A DNA stretch of 64,000 nucleotides. It comes from Gaiellaceae bacterium. Lineage in GTDB: Bacteria > Actinomycetota > Thermoleophilia > Gaiellales > Gaiellaceae. The translations under genes were made by a program, and so were the position numbers. Below, piece after piece: positions 9,687 through 18,907 of the stretch. Each line of letters begins with the position of its first letter. The stretch's first letter is position 1. The stretch lies in contig JBHEMK010000067.1 in the NCBI GenBank assembly GCA_046262635.1, positions 8,152 to 72,151 of the forward strand, given 5' to 3'. The notes beneath the pieces were generated by a model that saw nothing but the letters and a program-made list of their open reading frames with translations, was not told the DNA's origin and made no database searches.

Positions 9687-11405
9687 TCACGTCGAGACCA
9701 CCTCGCTCTCGCCCGGATACTCGACCAGGTCGAGCGCAGCGGCGCCCGCGGGAATCATCGGGAAGCAGTGCTCATGGGCATCGACGCGGCAGTCGACGAC
9801 GGCGGTCCGGCCGCACCCGATCGCCTCACCGAGCGTCTCCTCGAGGTCGTCCTCCCGGTCGACGACGAAGCCGCGCGCACCGTAGGCCTCGGCGAGGGCG
9901 GCGTAGTCCGGCAGGTGGTGCGTGAGCTCGATCTGGGAAAAGCGCTCCTCGAAGAACATGTCCTGCCACTGACGAACCATACCGAGGTGGCCGTTGTTGA
10001 CGATCACGACGACGATGGGGAGGTGCTCGAGCACCGAGGTCGCGAGCTCCTGCTGGGTCATCTGGAAGCAGCCGTCGCCGTCGACGCAGATCACCGTCGC
10101 GTCGGGGCGGGCAGCCTTGGCGCCGATCGCGGCCGGGAGGCCGTAGCCCATGGTCCCGAGGCCGCCCGAGGTGATGAACGAGCGCGGCCGGTCGCAGAGC
10201 AGGTACTGCATCGCCCACATCTGGTGCTGGCCGACCCCGGTCGTCCAGATCACGTCGTCTCGGCCGGCGGTCAGCGCCTGCAGCGTCTCCAGCACCGGCT
10301 GCGGCTTCATCGGGCCGCCGCCACCGCCGTAGCGCAGCGGGAACTCCTCGCGCCACCGGCGGATCTGGGCGAGCCATGGCTCGGTGGCGTCCGGCCGGTG
10401 CACCTCGCGGAGCTCGCGGGCGAGGTCGGCCAGCACGGGCTTCAGCGGCCCGACGACGGGAACGTCCGCGTGGCGGAGTTTGTCGATCTCGGCGGAGTCG
10501 ACATCGAGGTGGATCACCGTCGCGCCAGCCGCGAAGGACGCGAGCTTACCCGTGACCCGGTCGTCGAAGCGTGCGCCGACGGCCACGAGCACGTCACACT
10601 TGTTGATCGCGTAGTTCGACCACTTCGGGCCGTGCATCCCCGGCCAGCCGAAGTGCAGCTCGTGCGTCTCGGGGAAGCCGCTCTTGGCCATCAGGGTCGT
10701 CACCACGGGCAGGCGCCCGCTCTCGGCGAGCTCGAGTAGCTCGGGACACGCATCGGCGTTCAGCACACCGCCGCCGACGTAGAGAACCGGGCGCTCGGCC
10801 GAGGCGATCCGCTTCGCCGCCTCGCGGATCTGGCGGGGGTGCCCTCGCCGCGGCGGTCGCCAGCCGGGCAGGTCGACGGTGTCCGGATACCCGAAATCGA
10901 GCTCGGCCTCCTGCACGTCGCGCGGGATGTCGACGAGGACCGGTCCGCAACGGCCGGTGCTCGCAACGTGGAAGGCGGCCTTCATGATGTGGGGCAGGTC
11001 GGCGACGTCCTTCACGAGCCACGAGTGCTTGACGACCGGGATGGTGATCCCGGTGATGTCGCACTCCTGGAACGCATCCGTGCCGATCAGGTGCGAGCGA
11101 ACCTGGCCGGTGATGCAGACGAGCGGCGTCGAATCCATCCACGCGTCGGCGATCGGGGTGACGAGGTTCGTCGCTCCGGGGCCGGAGGTGGCGAGCGCGA
11201 CCCCGATGTTGCCGGAGGCGCGCGCGTAGCCCTCGGCCATGTGGCCGGCTCCCTGCTCGTGGCGGGCGAGCACGTGCCGGACGGTCGTGCCGCGGGCGAA
11301 GGCGTCGTAGGTCGGCAGGATCGCCCCGCCCGGAAGACCGAAGACGACGTCGACGTCCTCCGCCTCGAGCGAGCGAAGGACGGCGTCGGCCCCGTTCATC
11401 CTCAT
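9687..11405 (-). CDS. ilvB: acetolactate synthase large subunit (TPP enzyme)
   Basis: ATG 11405 (GGGAGG upstream, ATGA overlap with the upstream gene) inside ORF 9687..11690. Motifs: MRMNGADAVLRSLEAEDVDVVFGLPGG, GGLGTMGYGLPAAIGAK, VDGDGCFQM. Confidence 0.95.
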   Translation of the reverse strand: MRMNGADAVLRSLEAEDVDVVFGLPGGAILPTYDAFARGTTVRHVLARHEQGAGHMAEGYARASGNIGVALATSGPGATNLVTPIADAWMDSTPLVCITGQVRSHLIGTDAFQECDITGITIPVVKHSWLVKDVADLPHIMKAAFHVASTGRCGPVLVDIPRDVQEAELDFGYPDTVDLPGWRPPRRGHPRQIREAAKRIASAERPVLYVGGGVLNADACPELLELAESGRLPVVTTLMAKSGFPETHELHFGWPGMHGPKWSNYAINKCDVLVAVGARFDDRVTGKLASFAAGATVIHLDVDSAEIDKLRHADVPVVGPLKPVLADLARELREVHRPDATEPWLAQIRRWREEFPLRYGGGGGPMKPQPVLETLQALTAGRDDVIWTTGVGQHQMWAMQYLLCDRPRSFITSGGLGTMGYGLPAAIGAKAARPDATVICVDGDGCFQMTQQELATSVLEHLPIVVVIVNNGHLGMVRQWQDMFFEERFSQIELTHHLPDYAALAEAYGARGFVVDREDDLEETLGEAIGCGRTAVVDCRVDAHEHCFPMIPAGAAALDLVEYPGESEVVST

Positions 11406-12298
11406 ACGGCCTCCCGGTGGAACTCGGCGTTCGACCAGGCGAGCGGAAGCTGCGCCAGCACCGTGTCGGCGTGACCTCGGGTCGACGGCGGTTTCGCGCG
11501 CGCGTGCACTTGGCCGACCGCCGAGGAGAGCGTCGCGGCGGCGCGGCGCTCGCCGAGCCCCTCGCCGACCATCAGCGCGGCCGCAAGCAGCATCGAGCTC
11601 GGGTCGGCGACGCCCTGGCCGGCGATGTCGTCGGCGGCTCCGTGCGTTGCGCCGAAGACGCTCGGGCCGCCCGGGGCCAGGCGGCCCCACGCGGCGGTCC
11701 GGTTCTGCGCGAGGCAGGCGGCCAGGTCGCCCGCGGTCGTCGCCAGCTCGGGCGAAACGACGAGGACGTCGAATCGATGCGGCGCGAAGACGAGCGCACG
11801 CACCGCCTCGGCGGTTCGGAGCCGCTCCACGTCGAGCCCGTCGTGACGCGCCTCGAGCGCCGCCGCGCGGCCGTTGTCGACGTCCACGAGCGAGATCCGC
11901 GCGCGGCTCTCCCGCGCGAGGTCGAAGCTCCGCTCCAGCGTCCAGTCCCAGGCGTCGGCCCTGAGCGGTGCTACCACCGAGAGCTCCGCGGACCGGTCGA
12001 AGCGAACGCGGACGATGGAGGCGCGAAGGTCGAGCTCCTCCTCGAGCGTCTCGAGCTGGGCGCCGTCCTCCGAGGCGACGAGCACTGCGTCGGCGCCGAG
12101 GACCGCTCGCCGGGACGAGCTGGGGAACGGGTGGCCGAACCGCATGATTGCGTCGGCACCGAACGGTACGTGCAGCTCGTCGACGGCGAAGCCGTGCAGC
12201 CGCGAGGCGGCGCCGACTGCCCGGCTCGCCTGAGCCATCACCTCCGGGCCGATGCCGTGCCGGGAGAGGCAGGCGACGGTGTAAACGGTGCGTCTCAC
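11402..12298 (-). CDS. isopropylmalate/isocitrate dehydrogenase-fold protein, short (298 aa) and apparently lacking the catalytic residues
   Basis: GTG 12298 (GTGA overlap with the leuA stop) inside ORF 11402..13021. It retains RHGIGPEV and GATHGAADDIAGQGVADPSSMLLAAALM. DKANV is replaced by DVDNG and GDILSD by GDLAAC. No VRExTEGxY block is visible. Confidence 0.75.
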   Translation of the reverse strand: MRRTVYTVACLSRHGIGPEVMAQASRAVGAASRLHGFAVDELHVPFGADAIMRFGHPFPSSSRRAVLGADAVLVASEDGAQLETLEEELDLRASIVRVRFDRSAELSVVAPLRADAWDWTLERSFDLARESRARISLVDVDNGRAAALEARHDGLDVERLRTAEAVRALVFAPHRFDVLVVSPELATTAGDLAACLAQNRTAAWGRLAPGGPSVFGATHGAADDIAGQGVADPSSMLLAAALMVGEGLGERRAAATLSSAVGQVHARAKPPSTRGHADTVLAQLPLAWSNAEFHREAV

Positions 12299-13440
12299 GC
12301 GGTCACCTCGGCGAAGAGCTCGTGCAGGCCAATGGGGCGACCCGTGTCGGCCAGCGCCTTGAACCGGCGAAACGCCGCCGTCAGCTCCTCGTGGCTGAGC
12401 TCGATTCCGGCCTCGTTGCAGGCGCGGGCGAACGCGTGCCGGCCAGAGTGCTTGCCGAGCGGCAGCGTCATCGTGACACCGAGCTCCCCGGGATCCATGA
12501 TCTGGTACGTCGAGAGATCCTTGAGCAGCCCGTCCTGGTGGATGCCGGCCTCGTGCGCGAAGGCGTTGGCGCCGACGATCGCTTTGTTGCGCGGCACGGC
12601 GTAGCCGCTCAGCCGCTCGACGATCCGCGAGGCTGCGCCGATCTGCGACGCGTCGATCCCCGTCTCGGCGCGCAGGGCCGTGCGCCGCACCCGAAGCGCC
12701 ATCACGATCTCCTCGAGCGCGGCGTTGCCCGCCCGCTCGCCGATGCCGTTGATCGTGCACTCGATCTGACCGACGCCCGCCTCGATCGCCGCGAGCGAGT
12801 TCGCAACCGCGAGACCGAGGTCGTCGTGGCAGTGCGCCGAGAGCGTCACACCGGCGAGCTCGGGGCAGAGCCGGCGGACCTCGTTGAGGAAGCCGACGTA
12901 CTCCACCGGCAGCGCGTAGCCGACCGTGTCGGGCAGATTGACCACCGTTGCGCCCGCCCGGACGGCTGCACGGCAAACCCTCGCGACGAAGGCCGGATCG
13001 GAGCGGGTGGCGTCCTCGCACGAGAACTCGACTTCAGCCACGCGCGCCACCGCGGCGGCGACCGAGCGGGAGGCTTGCTCCACCACCTCGTCGGGCTCGA
13101 GCTGCAGCTTCTTCTCCATGTGCACCGGGCTCGTTGCGATGAAGAGGTGGATCCGCGACCGGTGGGCGTCGGCCAGCGCCTCGGCTCCGGCGGCGATGTC
13201 TTCCGGCCGCGTTCGGCAGAGGCTGGCGACGGTCGCGCGCCCGGCGGTGCGTGCGACGGCTCGCACGCCCTCGAAGTCGCCGGGCGAGGACACGGCGAAT
13301 CCGGCCTCGATCACGTCGACTCCGAGACGCTCGAGCTGCTCCGCGATCTCGGCCTTCTCGTGCGGGAGCAGCGCGATTCCCGGCGATTGCTCGCCGTCGC
13401 GAAGCGTCGTATCGAAGATGGCGATCCTGCGCGAACTCAC
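12295..13440 (-). CDS. leuA: 2-isopropylmalate synthase family enzyme, short form without the C-terminal LeuA-dimer/regulatory domain
   Basis: 381 aa with IFDTTLRDGEQSPG, HCHDDLGLAVANSLAA and GIGERAGNAALEE. AAGGAGG lies 5 nt before GTG 13440. Confidence 0.9.
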   Translation of the reverse strand: MSSRRIAIFDTTLRDGEQSPGIALLPHEKAEIAEQLERLGVDVIEAGFAVSSPGDFEGVRAVARTAGRATVASLCRTRPEDIAAGAEALADAHRSRIHLFIATSPVHMEKKLQLEPDEVVEQASRSVAAAVARVAEVEFSCEDATRSDPAFVARVCRAAVRAGATVVNLPDTVGYALPVEYVGFLNEVRRLCPELAGVTLSAHCHDDLGLAVANSLAAIEAGVGQIECTINGIGERAGNAALEEIVMALRVRRTALRAETGIDASQIGAASRIVERLSGYAVPRNKAIVGANAFAHEAGIHQDGLLKDLSTYQIMDPGELGVTMTLPLGKHSGRHAFARACNEAGIELSHEELTAAFRRFKALADTGRPIGLHELFAEVTA

Positions 13441-13526
13441 TGAATCCTCCTTGCGTCCCGAGTGCGGGCGGACGGGTGGCGGCGACGGTGGGGTGTGCGC
13501 CTTTCAGCGCGTGTTCGCGTCTCCCC

Positions 13527-13616
13527 CTAGCGGGGGAGAATCGAGAGGATAAGCGCGATCGACCCGGACACGGAGGTCCGGGCGGAGAGCGAGCCGCGGT
13601 TCGAGCCTGTCCTCAT
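13527..13616 (-). CDS. candidate 29-codon Ile/Leu-rich leader peptide of the leu-ilv-thr operon
   Basis: Own translation: ATG 13616 .. TAG 13527 gives MRTGSNRGSLSARTSVSGSIALILSILPR. There are 3 Ile and 3 Leu codons in the last 10, including the rare AT-ending ATT and CTT. The stop sits in the loop of hairpin TCTCCCCC-GCTA-GGGGGAGA. Confidence 0.45.
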   Translation of the reverse strand: MRTGSNRGSLSARTSVSGSIALILSILPR

Positions 13617-13625
13617 CGTGCCGCC

Positions 13626-13654
13626 AGTGTGGCTGAGGGCTTGCACCTTGTCAA
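13626..13654 (-). promoter_or_regulatory. candidate promoter of the leu-ilv-thr operon (TTGACA - 17 nt - CACACT)
   Basis: Minus strand cTTGACAaggtgcaagccctcagcCACACTggcggcacgATG. The -10 ends 9 nt before the leader-peptide ATG, which implies a leaderless or near-leaderless small ORF. Confidence 0.35.
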
Positions 13655-13707
13655 GTCGCTGCCAACGCGACAGATGCCCGACGCCACCCGGGATCGGCCG
13701 GCCTCGT

Positions 13708-13737
13708 TTGACAGCGGCGGTCGTGGGGCGCGATAGT
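13708..13737 (+). promoter_or_regulatory. candidate promoter of the sugar ABC cluster (TTGACA - 18 nt - GATAGT)
   Basis: cgtTTGACAgcggcggtcgtggggcgcGATAGTccctgcgGTG. The -10 ends 7 nt before GTG 13745, so the mRNA is probably leaderless. Confidence 0.35.
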
Positions 13738-13744
13738 CCCTGCG

Positions 13745-14499
<755 letters not shown>

Positions 14500-14503
<4 letters not shown>

Positions 14504-15495
14504 CACGGCCGACGATGACAGACGTCGCCGAGGTGGCCGGCGTCAGCCTGAAGACGGTCTCGCGGGTCGTGAACGGCGAGCCGCGCGTCACGCCCGCGAC
14601 GGCCGAGCGGGTCCGGGGGGCGATCGCCCGGCTCGGCTACCGCCGCAACGAGGCCGCGCGGTCGCTCCGGCAGGGCCGCGTCTCGCGCACGCTCGGGCTC
14701 GTGATCGAGGATGTCGCGAATCCGTTCTACTCGGCGATCACCCGAGGGGTCGAGGAGGAGACGCGGGCCCACGGCTTCCTCGTCATCGCGGGCTCCTCGG
14801 ACGAGGATCCCGAGCGGGAGCGTGCGCTGCTCCAGCTCCTCTGCGAGCGCCGCGTCGACGGCCTGCTCGTCGTTCCGGCCGGGGGGGACCACCGCTACCT
14901 TCTGAGCGACCTCGAGCACGGTACTCCTGCCGTCTTCATCGACCGTCCAGCCGGCCGGATCGACGCCGACGTGATCCTGCTCGACAACGTCGGCGGCGCG
15001 CGGAGCGCGGTCGCGCACCTGCTCGCCCACGGGCACCGGCGGATCGCGATCGTCGCTGACACGCCGACGATCGCGACGGCGGAGGAGCGCTACCAGGGCT
15101 ATCTCGAGGCTCTCGACGCGGTCGGGATCGCGACCGATCCGGGGCTCGTCCGCCTCGGCTCGCACGACAGCGAGGGCGCCGAGGCCGCAGTCCTCGAGCT
15201 GCTCGACCTGCCGGAGCCTCCGACTGCGATCTTCACCGGCAACAATCGCGTCACCCTCGGCGCCCTCCGTGCGCTGGGCGGGGGCGTCGGCGTCGCCCTG
15301 GTCGGTTTCGACGACCTGGAGCTTGCCGAGTACGTGATGCCGCCGCTGACGGTGATCTCCTACGACGCGTCCGAGCTCGGGCGCCGCGCCGCCCGCCTGC
15401 TCTGGCAGCGCCTCTCGGGTGACCGTCGGCCGCCGCAGCGCATCATCCTGCCCACGACGCTCGTTGCGCGCGGCTCCGGAGAGATCGCCGCGTGA
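14500..15495 (+). CDS. LacI-family transcriptional regulator
   Basis: 331 aa with HTH MTDVAEVAGVSLKTVSRVVNG plus a periplasmic-binding-like sugar domain. It has a GTGA overlap with the ATPase gene. Confidence 0.9.
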
Positions 15496-16493
15496 TCCCC
15501 CTGCGCTTGCCGCCGAACCAGCTTCAGCGCTTCTACCGCGGTGGTGAGGCGATCGCCCGGTTCCGCGGGACCGAGCCGGTCGGCGAGTACGCGCCGGAGG
15601 ACTGGGTCGGATCGACGACCACGAGCTTCGGCGAGCCCGAGGCCGGGTTGTCCCGCCTCGAGGACGGCGTCACGGTGAGGGCTGCGGTCGCCGCCGGCCC
15701 GGAGGAGCTGCTCGGGCCCGGGCGAACGGAGACCGGGCTGCTCGTGAAGCTGCTTGATGCAGGCGAGCGCCTGCCCGTGCACTGCCACCCGGACCGCTCC
15801 TTTGCCGCACGACACCTCGGCTCGAGCCACGGCAAGACGGAAGCCTGGGTGATCGTCGAGGCTCGGGGCAAGCGGCCGGTCGTCGCGCTCGGCTTCAGCC
15901 GGCCGGTGGACGCGGGCACGCTCGCCGGGTGGGTCGAGCGGCAGGACGTGGAGGCCCTGCTCGGCTCGCTGAACGAGCTGCCCGTGGCCGCGGGCGACGC
16001 CATCTTCGTCCCGGCGGGGGTGCCGCATGCGATCGGCGAGGGAATCCTGCTCGTCGAGCTGCAGGAGCCGTCCGACCTGTCCGTCTTGCTCGAGTGGGAG
16101 GGATTTGCGGTCGACGGGCGAGCGGCGGGCCACCTCGGGCTCGGCTTCGAGACCGCGCTCGCGGCCGTCGACCGGTCGGCGTGGACCTGCGAGCGGCTCA
16201 CCCCGCTGCTCCGCTCGACTGCGGGCGGTGGCGAGCGGATTCCGCTGCTGCCGCCCGCGGCAGCGCCGTTCTTCGGGGGTGAGCGGCTCCGGCCGGCGCC
16301 CCGGCTCGAGCTCGAGCCGTCGTTCTCGATCGTCGTCGTGCTCTCGGGCTCGGGGCGCATCGATTGCGCTGACGGCGGGCTCGACCTCGCTGGCGGGCAG
16401 ACCCTGCTCGTTCCTTACGGGGCCGGGCGGTGCACGCTCACCGGCGCACTGGACGCGATCCGCTGCCTGCCGCCCGACCGAGCCGGTGGCTGA
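15492..16493 (+). CDS. manA: class I mannose-6-phosphate isomerase (cupin)
   Basis: 333 aa with LLVKLLDAGERLPVHCHP, KTEAWVIV, AGDAIFVPAGVPHAIG and ELQEPSD. Confidence 0.85.
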   Translation: MIPLRLPPNQLQRFYRGGEAIARFRGTEPVGEYAPEDWVGSTTTSFGEPEAGLSRLEDGVTVRAAVAAGPEELLGPGRTETGLLVKLLDAGERLPVHCHPDRSFAARHLGSSHGKTEAWVIVEARGKRPVVALGFSRPVDAGTLAGWVERQDVEALLGSLNELPVAAGDAIFVPAGVPHAIGEGILLVELQEPSDLSVLLEWEGFAVDGRAAGHLGLGFETALAAVDRSAWTCERLTPLLRSTAGGGERIPLLPPAAAPFFGGERLRPAPRLELEPSFSIVVVLSGSGRIDCADGGLDLAGGQTLLVPYGAGRCTLTGALDAIRCLPPDRAGG

Positions 16494-17535
16494 GACTCCG
16501 ACGGGCCTCGGCACCCCCCAGCCGCAGGAGCGTGCGGCCCGGCTCGCGTTCCTCGTTCTGACCCGGTTCTGGATCCTCTTCTTTCTGATCGGTCTCATCC
16601 TCTACTTCTCGGTCGCAACGCCCGGCCACGCCTTCTTCCAGGCGGCGAACTTCAAGAACATCGCGCTCGATACCTCCGAGGTGATCCTGCTCGCGATCGG
16701 GGAGACGTTCATCATCGTCACCGCGGGTATCGATCTTTCCGTCGGGGGCATCCTCGTCTTCTCCGGCGTCGCGGGTGGCCTCGTGATGCTGAAGCTCTCG
16801 GGGACCCACGCCCAGACGTCGAACCTCCAGTACCCGCACGACGTGCGTGGGATCCTGATCGGCGGCCTCGTGACGTTGCTTGCCGGCTCGGGCTGGGGCT
16901 TCCTCAACGGCGTCCTCGTGACGCGGCTGAAGCTGCCCCCGTTCATCGTCACCCTGGGCACGCTCGGGATGGCCTTCGGGGCCGCCGACCTGCTGACCGG
17001 CGGCACGAACCTCTCGTCGGTGCCGACGCGGTTCCAGGATCGCTTCGGAAACGGCACCGTCCTCGGGATCTACGTGCCCGTACTGCTCGCGGCCTTCATC
17101 GTCCTCGTCGCCTATGTCACCCTCCGCCTGACCCGCTTCGGCCTGTATACCGCGGCGATCGGCTCGAACGAGGACGGCGCGCGACGCGCCGGCGTCAACG
17201 TCGACTGGCACCTGATCAAGGTCTACACCCTTACCGGATTTCTCTGCGGCGTCGCCGGGCTGATCGACCTCGCCCGGTTTGGGACCGAGAACCTGTCGGC
17301 GCACAACACGGACAACCTGAACGCGATTGCGGCCGTCGTGATCGGGGGGACAAGCCTCTTCGGGGGTGTCGGCACCATTCTCGGCACGGTCGTCGGCGCG
17401 TTCATCCCGACCGTCCTCCAGAACGGCTTCGTCATCAACGGGATCGATCCGTTCTGGCAGGAAGTCCTGGTCGGGGCAACCATCATCGTCGCCGTCTACA
17501 TCGACCAGGTGCGTCGGCGGCGATGGAGCACGTAG
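16486..17535 (+). CDS. sugar ABC transporter permease (ribose/xylose-type, BPD_transp_2)
   Basis: GTG 16486 (8-nt overlap with manA) inside ORF 16027..17535. The protein is multi-TM with TAGIDLSVGG and VIGGTSLFGG. Confidence 0.85.
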   Translation: MAETPTGLGTPQPQERAARLAFLVLTRFWILFFLIGLILYFSVATPGHAFFQAANFKNIALDTSEVILLAIGETFIIVTAGIDLSVGGILVFSGVAGGLVMLKLSGTHAQTSNLQYPHDVRGILIGGLVTLLAGSGWGFLNGVLVTRLKLPPFIVTLGTLGMAFGAADLLTGGTNLSSVPTRFQDRFGNGTVLGIYVPVLLAAFIVLVAYVTLRLTRFGLYTAAIGSNEDGARRAGVNVDWHLIKVYTLTGFLCGVAGLIDLARFGTENLSAHNTDNLNAIAAVVIGGTSLFGGVGTILGTVVGAFIPTVLQNGFVINGIDPFWQEVLVGATIIVAVYIDQVRRRRWST

Positions 17536-17555
17536 GAGACGAAAGGAGCAGAGCG

Positions 17556-18542
17556 ATGAGCAGAGGGCGCATACGGTTGGCGCTCGCGGGAGTCCTTCTG
17601 GCCACGGCCGCGATCGCGGCGGTCGGCGGGACGGCGAGCCAGAAGGCGAAGGCGGCCCCGAGGAAGACGCTGACCTTCTACCTGATCCCGGGCATCTCGA
17701 CGGATGCCTTCTACACGACCATGCACAAGGGCGCGGCCGCCGAGGCGGCGAAGCTCGGCGTCAAGCTCGTCTTCCAGGGCGCGCCGAATGCCTTCAGCGC
17801 GCCGACGCAGATCCCGTTCCTGAACGGGGCGATCGCCCGCCATCCGGACGCGATCCTGATCGCGCCCACTGACAAGACTGCGTTGATCGCACCGATCCAG
17901 AAGGCGATCTCGGCGGGGATTCCGGTCGCGACCGTGGATACGTTCATCACGAAGCGGATCGCGTTCACGAACATCTCCTCCGACAACATCGCAGGCGGCA
18001 AGTCGGCGGCGGACGCGCTCGCGCGGGCGATCGGCAAGAAGGGCACGGTCGCCGGCATCAGCGTCCAACCGGGCATCTCGACGACCGACCAGCGCAAGCA
18101 GGGCTTCGAGCGGGAGCTGAAGAAGTATCCGAACATCAAGTACGTCGGGACGCAGTTCGATAACGACGACCAGACCAAGGCGGCGCAGATCATGTCGGCC
18201 CTGCTGACCCGTTACCCGAACCTCTCCGGCGTCTTCGCGATGAACGTCATCTCCGGCAACGGCGTGACGACGGCGACGAAGCAGGCCGGCAAGTCGGGCA
18301 AGGTCAAGCTCGTCGAGTTTGACGCGGAGCCGAACCAGGTCGGGGCTCTGAAGTCGGGCACGATCGACGCGCTCGTCGCCCAGGACCCGTTCGACATCGG
18401 GAAGCTGGGCGTCGACCTCGCCTACAAGTACGCCACGGGCAAGAGGGCCGGGATCAAAAAGCACTACGGCACGGGCTCCGCGATCATCACGAAGGCGAAC
18501 GTCAGCGCGCCCGCGATCAAGAAGTTCCTCTACACGAAGTGA
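17556..18542 (+). CDS. sugar ABC transporter substrate-binding protein
   Basis: ATG 17556 is preceded by AAAGGAG (second Met of ORF 17523..18542). The signal peptide is MSRGRIRLALAGVLLATAAIAA. The fold is ribose-binding-protein-like. Confidence 0.9.
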   Translation: MSRGRIRLALAGVLLATAAIAAVGGTASQKAKAAPRKTLTFYLIPGISTDAFYTTMHKGAAAEAAKLGVKLVFQGAPNAFSAPTQIPFLNGAIARHPDAILIAPTDKTALIAPIQKAISAGIPVATVDTFITKRIAFTNISSDNIAGGKSAADALARAIGKKGTVAGISVQPGISTTDQRKQGFERELKKYPNIKYVGTQFDNDDQTKAAQIMSALLTRYPNLSGVFAMNVISGNGVTTATKQAGKSGKVKLVEFDAEPNQVGALKSGTIDALVAQDPFDIGKLGVDLAYKYATGKRAGIKKHYGTGSAIITKANVSAPAIKKFLYTK

Positions 18543-18550
18543 CCCGACAG

Positions 18551-18584
18551 ACCGAGGGGGTGGGCCCGGGCCCGCCCCCTCGGT
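18551..18584 (+). terminator. strong GC hairpin after the binding-protein gene
   Basis: ACCGAGGGGG-tgggcccgggcccg-CCCCCTCGGT has a 10-bp perfect stem, 9 nt after the stop. There is no U tract. Confidence 0.55.
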
Positions 18585-18811
18585 CCGAGCGATAACCCCC
18601 CTCGCCAGCGCCTGGGTCCGGTCCGACGACGGCCGAGGAGGTGCTGCGCGTCCGCGCAAGGCGGGCGCGGACCAGGGGTCGGCGCCGGATCCTCCCGGCC
18701 GCCGCGGCGCGAACGGGTGTCGACCGAGCGGTCGACCGCGCGGGCCGCGTCGGCCGGTGGCTCGACTCGCTTTAGAAAGGACAGATATCTTTCCCCAAGC
18801 CGGATCCGGCC

Positions 18812-18840
18812 TTGCTCCGTCCGGCCAGAGCCTCTATGCT
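18812..18840 (+). promoter_or_regulatory. candidate gltB promoter (TTGCTC - 17 nt - TATGCT)
   Basis: ccTTGCTCcgtccggccagagcctcTATGCTgagg. An AT-rich inverted repeat GAAAG-N9-CTTTC at 18775..18793 lies just upstream. Confidence 0.35.
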
Positions 18841-18907
18841 GAGGTGGTGGACTGCGTGCGCACAGCCCTGATTTCACCCTTGCTCGGCGTCGCGCGCGCG
18901 GACGCGC

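Noticed and set aside
13590-13612. The T-loop-like string GGTTCGAGCC suggested a tRNA.
   Set aside because: The flanks do not pair into a T-stem, and no acceptor, D or anticodon arms can be drawn. The string lies inside the leuA leader.
18640-18780. A 46-codon Arg-rich ORF (GTG about 18645 .. TAG about 18774) preceded by GGAGG in the gltB upstream spacer.
   Set aside because: The GGAGG abuts the GTG with no spacing. The product (MLRVRARRARTRGRRR..) looks like GC-driven noise, and there is no coding-type codon-position bias.
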